Origin: a virus
Length of the DNA stretch: 49,086 bases
IMG/VR virus record: IMGVR_UViG_3300045988_131209
Strand: one strand, 5' to 3'
The first letter of the stretch is position 1. Each line of letters starts with the position of its first letter. The position numbers and the translations under genes are program-made. The notes beneath the pieces were generated by a model, which was not told the DNA's origin, ran no database searches, and worked only from the letters and a program-made list of their open reading frames with translations. Shown here one piece after another: positions 1 through 8,341 of this stretch.

Positions 1-119
1 TAAATTTGTATTATTCGCAAAGCCCATGATAAAGGCTCATACAACTATATCCGCCTTCCGGCTCAAACATGTCTGACATCGTATCATTACGATTTACATA
101 GTCAATGACTTCCTGCACA
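1..119. repeat. Terminal overlap, identical to 48968-49086 (circular assembly closure)
   Basis: Read directly: taaatttgtattattcgcaaagcccatgat...tcctgcaca occurs at both ends; lies inside the 3' end of the 11..901 CDS. Confidence 0.95.
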
Positions 120-901
120 GTAGGACAGCCATCGCCATACTTTTTGCAGAATCGTTCCGGGATATATCCTTTCGGAAAGAAGCCTGCATGACTCTTTTCG
201 CCCAAAGAGTCAACCTCCTTTTCTAAGGAGATAAGTCTATCTGTCATGATCTTATCTTTCGATAAAACTTTAATCTCTCCCTTACGACTCATTATGCACG
301 GGAAACATCCGACACGTGATGCTCCACGCTTGTAAAGTGGATTAGGCTGCTGTCCATTATCAAGAATATAATCAATTACCTGCTGAGCCGTCCAGTCAAA
401 TATCGGCCGGAAAACGGAAGCATCATGAGTTTTGCACCATTCTAACACTGCTGTTTTACGATATAATTTCATTCCTTTTTCAGCATTGAAATATTCTTTG
501 AAATATGAACATTCTGATTCCATCTTCGCACGAGATGCGCTTTCTTTTCCCCTAATTCCCTGAATGATGATAAAACTTTCATCTTGTGATATAACCCAAT
601 CAATCATAGGTTGTATTTTCAAAACCGATGTGCAAGCCCTGCGAGATGCAACAGGAAAGCATTTCATTCGCTTACATAGGTTCTGAAAGCTGCCTACTTT
701 TTCGTTGCGAATGATAACAAGCTTTACACCTAACTGGCTGCATACACCATGTATATGTTTATAAGTGTCGGGATGTTCCCATCCTGTATCGCAAAAAACG
801 GCTTCTATCTTATCTGCTCCGTATTGGTTTGCGGCTTGGATCAGACAAGCTTGACTATCCTTTCCACCAGAGAAACTAACTATTATCTTCATATAGCTCA
901 A
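11..901 (-). CDS. PAPS-reductase-like PP-loop ATP pyrophosphatase (DndC/CysH-like fold)
   Basis: N-terminal PP-loop SFSGGKDSQA; length about 296 aa; C-terminal Cys pair; 6 nt downstream of the methyltransferase. Confidence 0.75.
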   Translation of the reverse strand: MSYMKIIVSFSGGKDSQACLIQAANQYGADKIEAVFCDTGWEHPDTYKHIHGVCSQLGVKLVIIRNEKVGSFQNLCKRMKCFPVASRRACTSVLKIQPMIDWVISQDESFIIIQGIRGKESASRAKMESECSYFKEYFNAEKGMKLYRKTAVLEWCKTHDASVFRPIFDWTAQQVIDYILDNGQQPNPLYKRGASRVGCFPCIMSRKGEIKVLSKDKIMTDRLISLEKEVDSLGEKSHAGFFPKGYIPERFCKKYGDGCPTVQEVIDYVNRNDTMSDMFEPEGGYSCMSLYHGLCE

Positions 902-907
902 TTATTT

Positions 908-1561
908 TTAATCCTGAAATAATGTTGTTTGTATAAGCTTTTTCCCGTTTTTAAGGACTTGTTCTCCAAAGAGCTCCTCCTTAAATCGTTTCTCTTGAGC
1001 CTCGAAATAATCTTTATCTATCTCGGTTGCATAGAAGTCAAATCCCAATTTGTATGCTGCTATACGACTACTTCCACTCCCCAAATGGGTGTCCAATATC
1101 TTATCACCAGATTTTGCATAGTTTTTCAAAATCCAAGCGTACAAGGATATTGGCTTTTGAGTTGGGTGGATTCTTTTTAATTGATTAGGTGATTTTTTAA
1201 AAATCCTTGTACCTCCTGACCTACACCACGCATATTCGCATTCTGCAAAATCACGTCCATACATCGTTTCGCCTTTGTCCCATATAATAAAATATTGACT
1301 TTGCGGCAAATTGAAGTAGTTCCCTCCAAATATTATTTGATTCTTACTTACTCTAAATAACTCATCGAAATAGATTTTAGGAGGAATCGTACTATCCCAG
1401 TTTTTTGATTTATCTGGCCTTATTGTAATACGCCCCCCCATATTCATCGATGTAACATTGATTCCATATGGGGGATCAACGACGGCCAAATCGAAAAATT
1501 TGTCAGAAATATTTTTCATATATTCCATACAGTCTATATTGTACACTTCGCTTATTGGCAT
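908..1561 (-). CDS. Beta-class (CcrM-like) N6-adenine/N4-cytosine DNA methyltransferase, orphan
   Basis: Motif IV VVDPPYG near the N-terminus, then HPTQKP and motif I DTHLGSGSS (circularly permuted beta order). Confidence 0.85.
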   Translation of the reverse strand: MPISEVYNIDCMEYMKNISDKFFDLAVVDPPYGINVTSMNMGGRITIRPDKSKNWDSTIPPKIYFDELFRVSKNQIIFGGNYFNLPQSQYFIIWDKGETMYGRDFAECEYAWCRSGGTRIFKKSPNQLKRIHPTQKPISLYAWILKNYAKSGDKILDTHLGSGSSRIAAYKLGFDFYATEIDKDYFEAQEKRFKEELFGEQVLKNGKKLIQTTLFQD

Positions 1562-1574
1562 GACTCGTTATTAT

Positions 1575-1859
1575 TTAAATTATAATTGTCTTATCATAAA
1601 CTCTTGCAACCTCATACTCGGCAGTACAGCCCTTCGAACCATGCCAGCCGGGTGCAAGGTAAATAGCATCACATTCGAGTAGAGCCTTGATATCTTCACC
1701 CATATAATGAGCGTAAGACCGGTTCGGCTCATTACAAACATCAAACGGTGTAATAACTTCATAACCGTCTGCTTGTAACTCCTTCTTGTATTGTTCCGCC
1801 CGCTTCTTTACGATATTAAGCGGGAAACCGGTTATCGGTAAGCTTACATATACTTTCAT
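1575..1859 (-). CDS. DUF4406 / nucleoside 2-deoxyribosyltransferase-like small protein
   Basis: 94 aa; MKVYVSLPITG...AIYLAPGWHGSKGCTAEYEVA pattern typical of DUF4406. Confidence 0.6.
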   Translation of the reverse strand: MKVYVSLPITGFPLNIVKKRAEQYKKELQADGYEVITPFDVCNEPNRSYAHYMGEDIKALLECDAIYLAPGWHGSKGCTAEYEVARVYDKTIII

Positions 1860-2103
1860 GATCTTTTAAATTGAAACTTTTCATATACTCACAATCTCTA
1901 TCACAAGGGCAATTATCATCATAGCAACTATCGTTGTGACTGTTCCAGCAAGGGCATTGCTTATGATATGCCTCTAATTTGGCTTTATCTCGATCTGCTT
2001 TCATTTTAGCCTTAATATGATCCGGCAATGCTTCTTGTGCTACCGGATCGAAAGTGATACATTTCGTTTTATCCATAATGTTCAATTCCATTTTGTTATA
2101 CAT
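1816..2103 (-). CDS. Cys-rich hypothetical protein
   Basis: ORF with CPCWNSHNDSCYDDNCPCDRDC cluster; overlaps the downstream gene by 44 nt, start uncertain. Confidence 0.45.
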   Translation of the reverse strand: MYNKMELNIMDKTKCITFDPVAQEALPDHIKAKMKADRDKAKLEAYHKQCPCWNSHNDSCYDDNCPCDRDCEYMKSFNLKDHESICKLTDNRFPA

Positions 2104-2276
2104 ATCATTTTACTGTGAACATATCTCTTTCGGTTCTGTTCTTTTGAATTCTTTAATGCATTCGAAAAGACCCTTTAATTTGAAAAGGGGCATTCTTCTA
2201 CATTCTCCTCGCATATAGACATAAATGGTATTTTGAGCAATGCCATTTTTTTTAGTTTTTAGCTATTAATAATATG

Positions 2277-2630
2277 TCACTTTACTTCTATTACGTTTCT
2301 GTATATTCCTAAGTATGATAGTTCAACCCCACACACTCTGATCGTGTAAGTTGAATCTTTTTTCATTTTTCCAGCAAACTCAGGGTAAGCCAATAGCCCA
2401 CTGATATTGATACGGAAAGTCCCTTTATCTGAATATACAAGATAGTATATTTCTGTATTGAAACCGTCTTTATTTCCAGACATCTTTTCAATCTTATCAA
2501 CCTGATTCACTTTGATCTGTATATCCGTAGGATTATAAAAGGTCGTTAAATACAGGAAAGTCGTAACCACAATTGCGGCTGATAAATACATGAATACAGT
2601 TCTTTGTTTCATCTTTTGTATTATTTTCAT
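2277..2630 (-). CDS. Hypothetical membrane-anchored protein
   Basis: 117 aa with N-terminal hydrophobic segment VFMYLSAAIVVTTFLYL. Confidence 0.5.
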   Translation of the reverse strand: MKIIQKMKQRTVFMYLSAAIVVTTFLYLTTFYNPTDIQIKVNQVDKIEKMSGNKDGFNTEIYYLVYSDKGTFRINISGLLAYPEFAGKMKKDSTYTIRVCGVELSYLGIYRNVIEVK

Positions 2631-2654
2631 TTCCTTTTAATTATTAGTTTTTAA

Positions 2655-2975
2655 TCACCCTTTCATCCTCCCCAAAAACGACAGCCCCAACACGTCATAT
2701 TTCAAGCCGATAACAGCAAACTCTAACATTGCGTTTTCGTCTGCAAGGTCGTTAATGCGCAAAACTTGGTAACTGTTTTGAGAGGTCTCATAAAAGGCGT
2801 TCATATCGTCAATATACTCTATAACTTCCGCATAGCCTTTCCGGGCAAAGAATCCGTCCAAGCTCGCGATGATATGTCCTTCCAGGTAATCGCCACCATA
2901 AGCGGTGGCGATCTTGTCCTGTCTTCTTAATGCGTATCTCATTATTTTTCGATTTTTATAACAAGTTTGCGCCAC
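2655..2975 (-). CDS. Hypothetical protein
   Basis: 106-aa ORF on the operon strand, tightly packed. Confidence 0.5.
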   Translation of the reverse strand: MAQTCYKNRKIMRYALRRQDKIATAYGGDYLEGHIIASLDGFFARKGYAEVIEYIDDMNAFYETSQNSYQVLRINDLADENAMLEFAVIGLKYDVLGLSFLGRMKG

Positions 2976-3391
2976 CCGTATTTACCAGCCGGCGTGACCT
3001 CGTACGACCAAACATTTACGGGCAACAGTAGCCCGATCATTGAGAGATGTTCCCTCTGTGGGGGACATTCCGATTTTAAGCCGACAGATATTGTGTAGCT
3101 GTCATTTTGCTCTTGGATAACAGCATCCCTAAAGCCTACGTAACGCTCTAAAAAGTTTTTGACTTGAAAAACAAACCGTGGAAAATCGGGTAGGGGGACA
3201 AGTTCGTCCGCCTCTTCGTCCACATGGTAGCATTCCGGGCAGTAGTGCTTGCCATTGTGCTCAATCCAGTCGGATTCCATAGCGTTTTCTAAAACAGAGT
3301 CTTCATCTGTATAACCGTTGATTCCACTGGATTCAAACAGTTCTTTGCACCTGTCGCATATCAAGGTGTAGTAAATTTCAGGCTTTATCAT
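2942..3391 (-). CDS. Hypothetical zinc-ribbon protein
   Basis: CDRC...CPEC Cys pairs; ATGA-type coupling with neighbours. Confidence 0.5.
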   Translation of the reverse strand: MIKPEIYYTLICDRCKELFESSGINGYTDEDSVLENAMESDWIEHNGKHYCPECYHVDEEADELVPLPDFPRFVFQVKNFLERYVGFRDAVIQEQNDSYTISVGLKSECPPQREHLSMIGLLLPVNVWSYEVTPAGKYGWRKLVIKIEK

Positions 3392-3618
3392 ATCTTTTGG
3401 GTTTTAATCGTTAATGAGTCAGATATCAAAGTTCTGATATCCGGTTCTTTGCGCTCGTTCCAGGCCTTTTCGACATTGGTCAGAGCCTCTGTTATCATGC
3501 AAAAGAGCGTCAAAGGCATTTCACCGCAAGAGGGACAGTAAAAACATACATTCCCTTTTTTGTCTATCCGGTACTGCACTGACAGGCTTTTGACTTCGTT
3601 TGTGTTACTCTTTTCCAT
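3388..3618 (-). CDS. Hypothetical small protein (CxxC)
   Basis: 76 aa, CFYCPSCGE motif. Confidence 0.5.
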   Translation of the reverse strand: MEKSNTNEVKSLSVQYRIDKKGNVCFYCPSCGEMPLTLFCMITEALTNVEKAWNERKEPDIRTLISDSLTIKTQKI

Positions 3619-3754
3619 GCTCTATTTCCATTTCTTTCTTGATTCTATCTATCATTCTCTGAAACTTGGCTGCCACATACTCGCAATGGATAGCCAAGTT
3701 GCGATCGCGCTCCCTTTCGAGCCGCTTTAGTTCTTCTATCCTCCAGTCGTTCAT
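3605..3754 (-). CDS. Small hypothetical protein (49 aa, below ORF-track cutoff)
   Basis: ATG overlaps the stop of the upstream gene (ATGA at 3751-3754). Translates MNDWRIEELKRLERERDRNLAIHCEYVAAKFQRMIDRIKKEMEIEHGKE. Fills an otherwise empty gap. Confidence 0.4.
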   Translation of the reverse strand: MNDWRIEELKRLERERDRNLAIHCEYVAAKFQRMIDRIKKEMEIEHGKE

Positions 3755-4308
3755 TGTTTTTCTCCTGCTTTAATCTCATACTTGTCGTAATAAACCTTTT
3801 CCCGATCCGTAAACATCTTATCCCTAACGGTGTCGAGTAGGTGCATAAAGTCAATCTCATTGTTGACGAGATTGTTGTCGTCTTTAAAAAAGTGTTTTAC
3901 GAAATTCCGGTAGCCGATAACGGCTTTCCTTAATTCGCGCCTCTTCCGTTCCCATTCCGGCACAGGGACATATCCCCTGTCCTGCATGTAGGCAAAGAAC
4001 ATGTCGATATGGTAGAGCGCCATATCTGCCTCATTCAAAGAGAGTGAAAGAATCTTTCCGAACCACGACCTCAAAGACTTGTCCATGTTGCGGTTGTCTT
4101 CGTCGAATTTTACAAGCTCCATAGCGTATGACAGCTCTTCTCTCAGGTTGTCAGCCCGTTCTGCCAATATAGCTGCATCCATATAGCGGCCTTGGCGCAC
4201 GGCTTTCGCCGCCTTATCCATCGTTTCGCGGATATCGCGCTCAATGATGTATACCGGTCTCGTCTTCGTGTTCATGGCAACAATTGAGCTTCTGTGCATC
4301 TCACCCAC
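3751..4308 (-). CDS. Hypothetical protein
   Basis: 185-aa ORF on the operon strand. Confidence 0.55.
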   Translation of the reverse strand: MGEMHRSSIVAMNTKTRPVYIIERDIRETMDKAAKAVRQGRYMDAAILAERADNLREELSYAMELVKFDEDNRNMDKSLRSWFGKILSLSLNEADMALYHIDMFFAYMQDRGYVPVPEWERKRRELRKAVIGYRNFVKHFFKDDNNLVNNEIDFMHLLDTVRDKMFTDREKVYYDKYEIKAGEKQ

Positions 4309-4463
4309 TTGTAGCCGGAAAAAGAGATGCAGTTCGTGTTCCGGTCTATATCTGCTATCGTTCTAACTTTCCCCTTGTACAAGACCTTCGATCCGATCTT
4401 GCATTGGGTTCTAAAATCATTTATCTTCATGATATTAAGTCTATTTTCTTGATTCTGTAACAT
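4272..4463 (-). CDS. Hypothetical small protein
   Basis: 63-aa ORF. Confidence 0.4.
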   Translation of the reverse strand: MLQNQENRLNIMKINDFRTQCKIGSKVLYKGKVRTIADIDRNTNCISFSGYKWVRCTEAQLLP

Positions 4464-4915
4464 TCTCCGTTTATTTCTCGTATTTCAAAATCAGAAAAGG
4501 CTGCCTCTCCTTTTGATACCATCCTGCAAACCTCATTATACGAATGCAGCCTTGCTTTGCGGTCGAACCGTATGATATCCGCAACATTCAACTCCTTGTA
4601 GCCGAAGTTGTCTATCAGGTGGTTTATAGCATCTTTTAGCCGTTTTTCCGTAAACTTGTTTGCGTATATGCGTTCTGTTAGCAAGCTGAAAAACGCATCG
4701 CTCATCTTTGGAAATGCGCATTCAAGCCTCGCCATAGAACGCCCTATGCTTTCTATTGACGCGCGTTTGTCGGAATAGATGCTGATACTCTTTTCACCCG
4801 TTTCGCTCTTCGTAATCAGCACGGGCGATGCCTTCTGCAATTCCTTGGAAGAATTTTCCAAAGTCGCGACCGCTTGAGCGGTCATTTGTCCTATCGTTTC
4901 CGCTTTTGTTGTCAT
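4427..4915 (-). CDS. Hypothetical protein downstream of the replication organiser
   Basis: 162-aa ORF; 5' 120 nt overlap the upstream gene, true start may be internal. Confidence 0.5.
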   Translation of the reverse strand: MTTKAETIGQMTAQAVATLENSSKELQKASPVLITKSETGEKSISIYSDKRASIESIGRSMARLECAFPKMSDAFFSLLTERIYANKFTEKRLKDAINHLIDNFGYKELNVADIIRFDRKARLHSYNEVCRMVSKGEAAFSDFEIREINGECYRIKKIDLIS

Positions 4916-5705
4916 AATTGCCAGATATTACTTTTTCGAAATTCGTTGGTTTTATAAGCCAATCAAAAGAAGCCCGCCAGCCGTTTTTATTCTGCCCTTT
5001 AAGGAAATCGCTGTTTAACGCCTTTTGTATCATTTGGGCAAATGTTTCCTTGCCGTATGTCTTGATACGGGCATTGATCATCCCTTTCCGCTTGTCGGAT
5101 AGGGGCATTCGTATCACGCCGAATACGCCTTGCGTTTTTTCGTTAAAGAATTTTACAAGTTCGGAATAATCGATTCTTTCATCGTGCGGCTGGAAAGTCG
5201 CACATACAGGAGATTCGTTAGAATCTACTGTAATATTTTCTTTTCTTTTCTTTACTTTACTTTCCTTTGTGGTGTTTATGTCTACATTAATACCAGTTGA
5301 AGGTGTATTTATGTCTACATTAATTATCAAATAGGGGTATTCCTCCGATTTTTTTCTTCTTTTTATTGCTTCAAAATATCTTTTTTGGATTCCATGACTT
5401 GTTAAAATCTTTACCGAATCAAAAAGGTCTTTATCGAAAAAGCCCCATTTGACTAAGCGATTTGTAATTTGATCAAGTAAATCCGAACTGACACCCGGCA
5501 GATTTTTCAGTAGTTTCATTTTCAACATTTCATTCCACTCTATGAAGTATCCGTTTCGATATACCGCACAAAGCAGCTTTATTGTTGTTATTTCTCCTTT
5601 TATTCCGAATTCCCCGGATATAGCCTCTATCTTTTCATCGTTAAAGAAGTCCACATCGAAAGAAAAGTATTTCAATCCTTCTTCTTTAGGTCGTGCCATG
5701 CTCAT
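4794..5705 (-). CDS. DUF4373 / DnaD-like phage replisome organiser (replication initiation)
   Basis: N-terminus KYFSFDVDFFNDEKIEAISGEFGIKG (Lin1244/DUF4373-like); C-terminus WRASFDWLIKPTNFEKVISGNYDN (phage replication C-terminal domain pattern). Confidence 0.7.
   Translation of the reverse strand: MSMARPKEEGLKYFSFDVDFFNDEKIEAISGEFGIKGEITTIKLLCAVYRNGYFIEWNEMLKMKLLKNLPGVSSDLLDQITNRLVKWGFFDKDLFDSVKILTSHGIQKRYFEAIKRRKKSEEYPYLIINVDINTPSTGINVDINTTKESKVKKRKENITVDSNESPVCATFQPHDERIDYSELVKFFNEKTQGVFGVIRMPLSDKRKGMINARIKTYGKETFAQMIQKALNSDFLKGQNKNGWRASFDWLIKPTNFEKVISGNYDNKSGNDRTNDRSSGRDFGKFFQGIAEGIARADYEERNG
5275..5324. repeat. Two 17-bp direct repeats TTTATGTCTACATTAAT (33-bp period) inside the organiser gene; iteron/ori candidate
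   Basis: Exact copies at 5275-5291 and 5308-5324, next to a polypyrimidine (CTTTT)n tract; encode INVDINT twice. Confidence 0.4.
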
Positions 5706-5795
5706 TTCTTTTCGAGTACTCCATTTTATGTTGTATTTAATTTTTAGAGAATATTATTTAAGGGCAGACCTATTTGCTACCCTTAAAGGAATGAT

Positions 5796-6599
5796 TTATG
5801 CAAATACAGCGTGACTATTAACGTTCAGAAATTTATCTACAAAATAAATCTGACCCTTTCCTGTGACTTTTGTTGTTGTAGATACAAGTACAGATCCATC
5901 GGGCTTATTAATGGTCGTTTGCTTTATTTCAAATAGCCCTAATTCCATTGATTTTTGCGATGGCTGATTATAGTATTGCCCTTTTTGACATAGGTATCCG
6001 TTTTTACGGAGCCACTCGAATAATCTGTTTTGTCCGATCTTGATACCGTTTTGTTGTAATATCTTTGCCAACTCTGCTATCAGGCATGAGCGTCGGGATG
6101 TAGATACAGCATCGGCGAATAATACCTTGGGAGCGTCAGACTGAATCTTTTGCTCGGCCTTAATACGTTTTTGTTGTTCCTCTTTGAGGTTTGTGGCCAA
6201 TTGGATCAAGAAATCGGGTGAAGTCAAAGCCTTTTCCAATGTATTGTTTGTCATATATGCACCATGCTTGCGGATGGAAGGGAGAACCTCTCCGCATACC
6301 CAATCTTGAAATGGTTCGGCTTGTGGCTTGTCGGATCGCATGATTACTTTGTAGAGGTTTTGTTCGTTAATAAAAGTGAGCATCACTTCTTGCTCGGTAG
6401 TGACACCATACTGATTTGTTGTTTTTGAGACCCCCTTAATTAGACTAACCCCGTCTTGTTTTAATCTGTTTTTTGTCGGAGTGACTTGTAATTCCAATAC
6501 TTTACAGATGTCGGCTAAGCAGAATAAAGGGTTATCACTTGTCCCGGCTACTCTCACTTCGCCGAAACGTTCGTTCTTGAATATTTCAATTTCATTCAT
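5796..6599 (-). CDS. Antirepressor, Bro-N domain + KilA-C/ANT C-terminal domain
   Basis: N-terminus FKNERFGEVRVAGTSDNPLFCLADICKVLEL (Bro-N); C-terminus PKVLFADAVSTS...IAELAKIL...NRLFEWLRKNGYL (KilAC). Confidence 0.8.
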   Translation of the reverse strand: MNEIEIFKNERFGEVRVAGTSDNPLFCLADICKVLELQVTPTKNRLKQDGVSLIKGVSKTTNQYGVTTEQEVMLTFINEQNLYKVIMRSDKPQAEPFQDWVCGEVLPSIRKHGAYMTNNTLEKALTSPDFLIQLATNLKEEQQKRIKAEQKIQSDAPKVLFADAVSTSRRSCLIAELAKILQQNGIKIGQNRLFEWLRKNGYLCQKGQYYNQPSQKSMELGLFEIKQTTINKPDGSVLVSTTTKVTGKGQIYFVDKFLNVNSHAVFA

Positions 6600-6641
6600 G
6601 AGATATAATGTTTTATTTTTTTTGACAATATGATATACACT

Positions 6642-6659
6642 CCCCGGCCGAAACCGGGG
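6642..6659 (-). other. GC hairpin CCCCGG-N6-CCGGGG between the 6685 gene and the antirepressor gene
   Basis: Read directly; no U tract follows on the coding strand, so attenuator/processing site rather than a clear terminator. Confidence 0.3.
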
Positions 6660-6684
6660 CTGTAAATATGTGAGTAGGGTAGAC

Positions 6685-6942
6685 TTATTTAAATGTCTTT
6701 TTGATTTCGTCCAAAATCCTTTCTGTTGTCCTTCGGTTGTGCCAATTGCTCCATTCGGTGTATAAACCTTTATGGGTAAGGAAGAAGAAACAAGCGTTTT
6801 TCAGTTCTGCTTCCTGTGCAGACACGATACGAGACCATTTTAGCTGATCCCGAAGAAACTCAACTTCTTTTAAAAGATTCTCATTGGCTTTAATGAGTTT
6901 GTTAATCTTGATTGTTTGCTGACGTTGTGCAAAAGCAGTCAT
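6685..6942 (-). CDS. Hypothetical protein
   Basis: 85-aa ORF. Confidence 0.5.
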   Translation of the reverse strand: MTAFAQRQQTIKINKLIKANENLLKEVEFLRDQLKWSRIVSAQEAELKNACFFFLTHKGLYTEWSNWHNRRTTERILDEIKKTFK

Positions 6943-7199
6943 AACGCACCTCCTTTCTGTAGAAGGATTGCATCATACATCCCGGCAAGCAGGAACGCAA
7001 TGACTATTAACACTAACACCTTGGTGTAACCCTTAGCGTTTTCTATGGTTTCGCACTCGCATACGCCAAGTGGCATAGCGTTGTAGATACGGGCTACGGT
7101 AGCCCATGTGAAGAATTTAGTTTTCATCTGGCTGTGACAATTAGATGAATTAAACAAAAAAGCAGTTCTATATAATCCAAACTTGTCACAGCCACACAT
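6939..7199 (-). CDS. Hypothetical protein with C-terminal TM segment
   Basis: 86 aa, VLVLIVIAFLLAGMY hydrophobic stretch. Confidence 0.45.
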   Translation of the reverse strand: MCGCDKFGLYRTAFLFNSSNCHSQMKTKFFTWATVARIYNAMPLGVCECETIENAKGYTKVLVLIVIAFLLAGMYDAILLQKGGAL

Positions 7200-7297
7200 A
7201 TACAGAGATATATGAACGGATTATAATAGAACTGCCTATGCTTTCTATTATCTCTTAGCCTACTCGCTTGCAGTGCTTATGTATGACTGTGACACCG

Positions 7298-7305
7298 CAA
7301 AGATA
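7298..7305 (-). promoter_or_regulatory. Bacteroides-type -7 box TATCTTTG (internal early promoter)
   Basis: Plus-strand caaagata in the 145-bp intergenic gap 7200-7344. Confidence 0.4.
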
Positions 7306-7344
7306 ACCAAAATTCCGTAACGCCAAACAAAACGTAGATAAAAA

Positions 7345-7554
7345 TCACTTGCCATCCTTTACATAAACCGCCTTTGAATTGAGCGTCTTTACAACTCCTA
7401 TTTTGTCGGACTTGTAAAGGTCATTCAGTTCCGACCTTGCCGATTCAAGGACGGTGTTCATTATTTCAACTTCCGGCACATGGTCGGGTGTTATCTTATC
7501 CTTGCGCCTCTTTTCTTGCAGGCTGCGGATAAGTTTCAACATATCCATCTCCAT
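7345..7554 (-). CDS. Hypothetical small protein
   Basis: 69-aa ORF. Confidence 0.5.
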   Translation of the reverse strand: MEMDMLKLIRSLQEKRRKDKITPDHVPEVEIMNTVLESARSELNDLYKSDKIGVVKTLNSKAVYVKDGK

Positions 7555-7555
7555 A

Positions 7556-7930
7556 TCAATACCCGGTTTTATTAAGCCTTAATGATTCCTTTTCGTAACT
7601 CAACAGGCTTCGAAGCGAATCGAGTTGATGCACGCACGAAGCGTTAAGCCTGTCCAGACGGTCAACGAGATATGATTCCTCTTCCGCTATGCTGTCGAGC
7701 AGCGCGTTCTGCACCTTTGCCGACAAGCAGTTTTCTTTTGCAATGCGGATGATAGTGTTCTGTATCTCGTCAGATTTCTTCCGTCGGAGCTTTTTCTTGG
7801 CTTCTGCAAGCATCTCTCCGCTTCGCATCATGTAGACCATGATAACCGATATCCTTTCGGATATTTCCGCCGGGTTGGTCGAGCAGGTTATGTTGAGATA
7901 ATCGCTGATCTCTTTTATTTCGTCTTCCAT
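7556..7930 (-). CDS. Hypothetical protein
   Basis: 124-aa ORF. Confidence 0.5.
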   Translation of the reverse strand: MEDEIKEISDYLNITCSTNPAEISERISVIMVYMMRSGEMLAEAKKKLRRKKSDEIQNTIIRIAKENCLSAKVQNALLDSIAEEESYLVDRLDRLNASCVHQLDSLRSLLSYEKESLRLNKTGY

Positions 7931-7933
7931 ATA

Positions 7934-8341
7934 TCAAACGTCGTTTAAATATTCGTTGACCACTTTTATAAACTCCTCGATCGAGCGGATCACTACATAT
8001 TTGGCTCCGATCTTTCCAAATTCCCTTTCGTAATCCTTTTGGATTTCCTGTTGGTTGTTTTTACCGGCCTTCAGTTCGATTGCCAAAAAAGGGTGATCCT
8101 TGTTCGGAACGAGCAGGATAAGGTCGGGAAAGCCGGCACGGACACCCATCTGTTTAAACTTTGCAGCCTCTATCGGATTCCTTTTGCCGCCATTCGGGCT
8201 ATGGTGCAGAAGTAGCCGGTATTCGGGGTATTGCAAATCAAACCAACTAACACAGCTCTTTTGGAGCTGGTCTTCCAGATACCTTGGATGCCGTCTGACG
8301 TTCTGTCCGTTATATTTAGCTTTCAGTTCCTCGTATGTCAT
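7934..8341 (-). CDS. VRR-NUC domain nuclease (PD-(D/E)xK)
   Basis: GFPDLILLVP...FLAIELKAGKN motif (D...E-x-K). Confidence 0.75.
   Translation of the reverse strand: MTYEELKAKYNGQNVRRHPRYLEDQLQKSCVSWFDLQYPEYRLLLHHSPNGGKRNPIEAAKFKQMGVRAGFPDLILLVPNKDHPFLAIELKAGKNNQQEIQKDYEREFGKIGAKYVVIRSIEEFIKVVNEYLNDV

Noticed and set aside
1-119. 119-bp direct terminal repeat as a biological DTR of the virion chromosome
   Set aside because: The repeat lies inside the coding sequence of the PAPS-reductase-like gene, and its length is typical of an assembler k-mer overlap. The packaging genes (HNH + P27 terS + Terminase_1 terL) predict cos ends near 21.4 kb instead. I interpret it as closure of a circular contig.
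3645-3860. 71-aa ORF from the track
   Set aside because: It overlaps the 185-aa gene in another frame. The gap is better explained by the ATGA-coupled 49-aa ORF 3605-3754.
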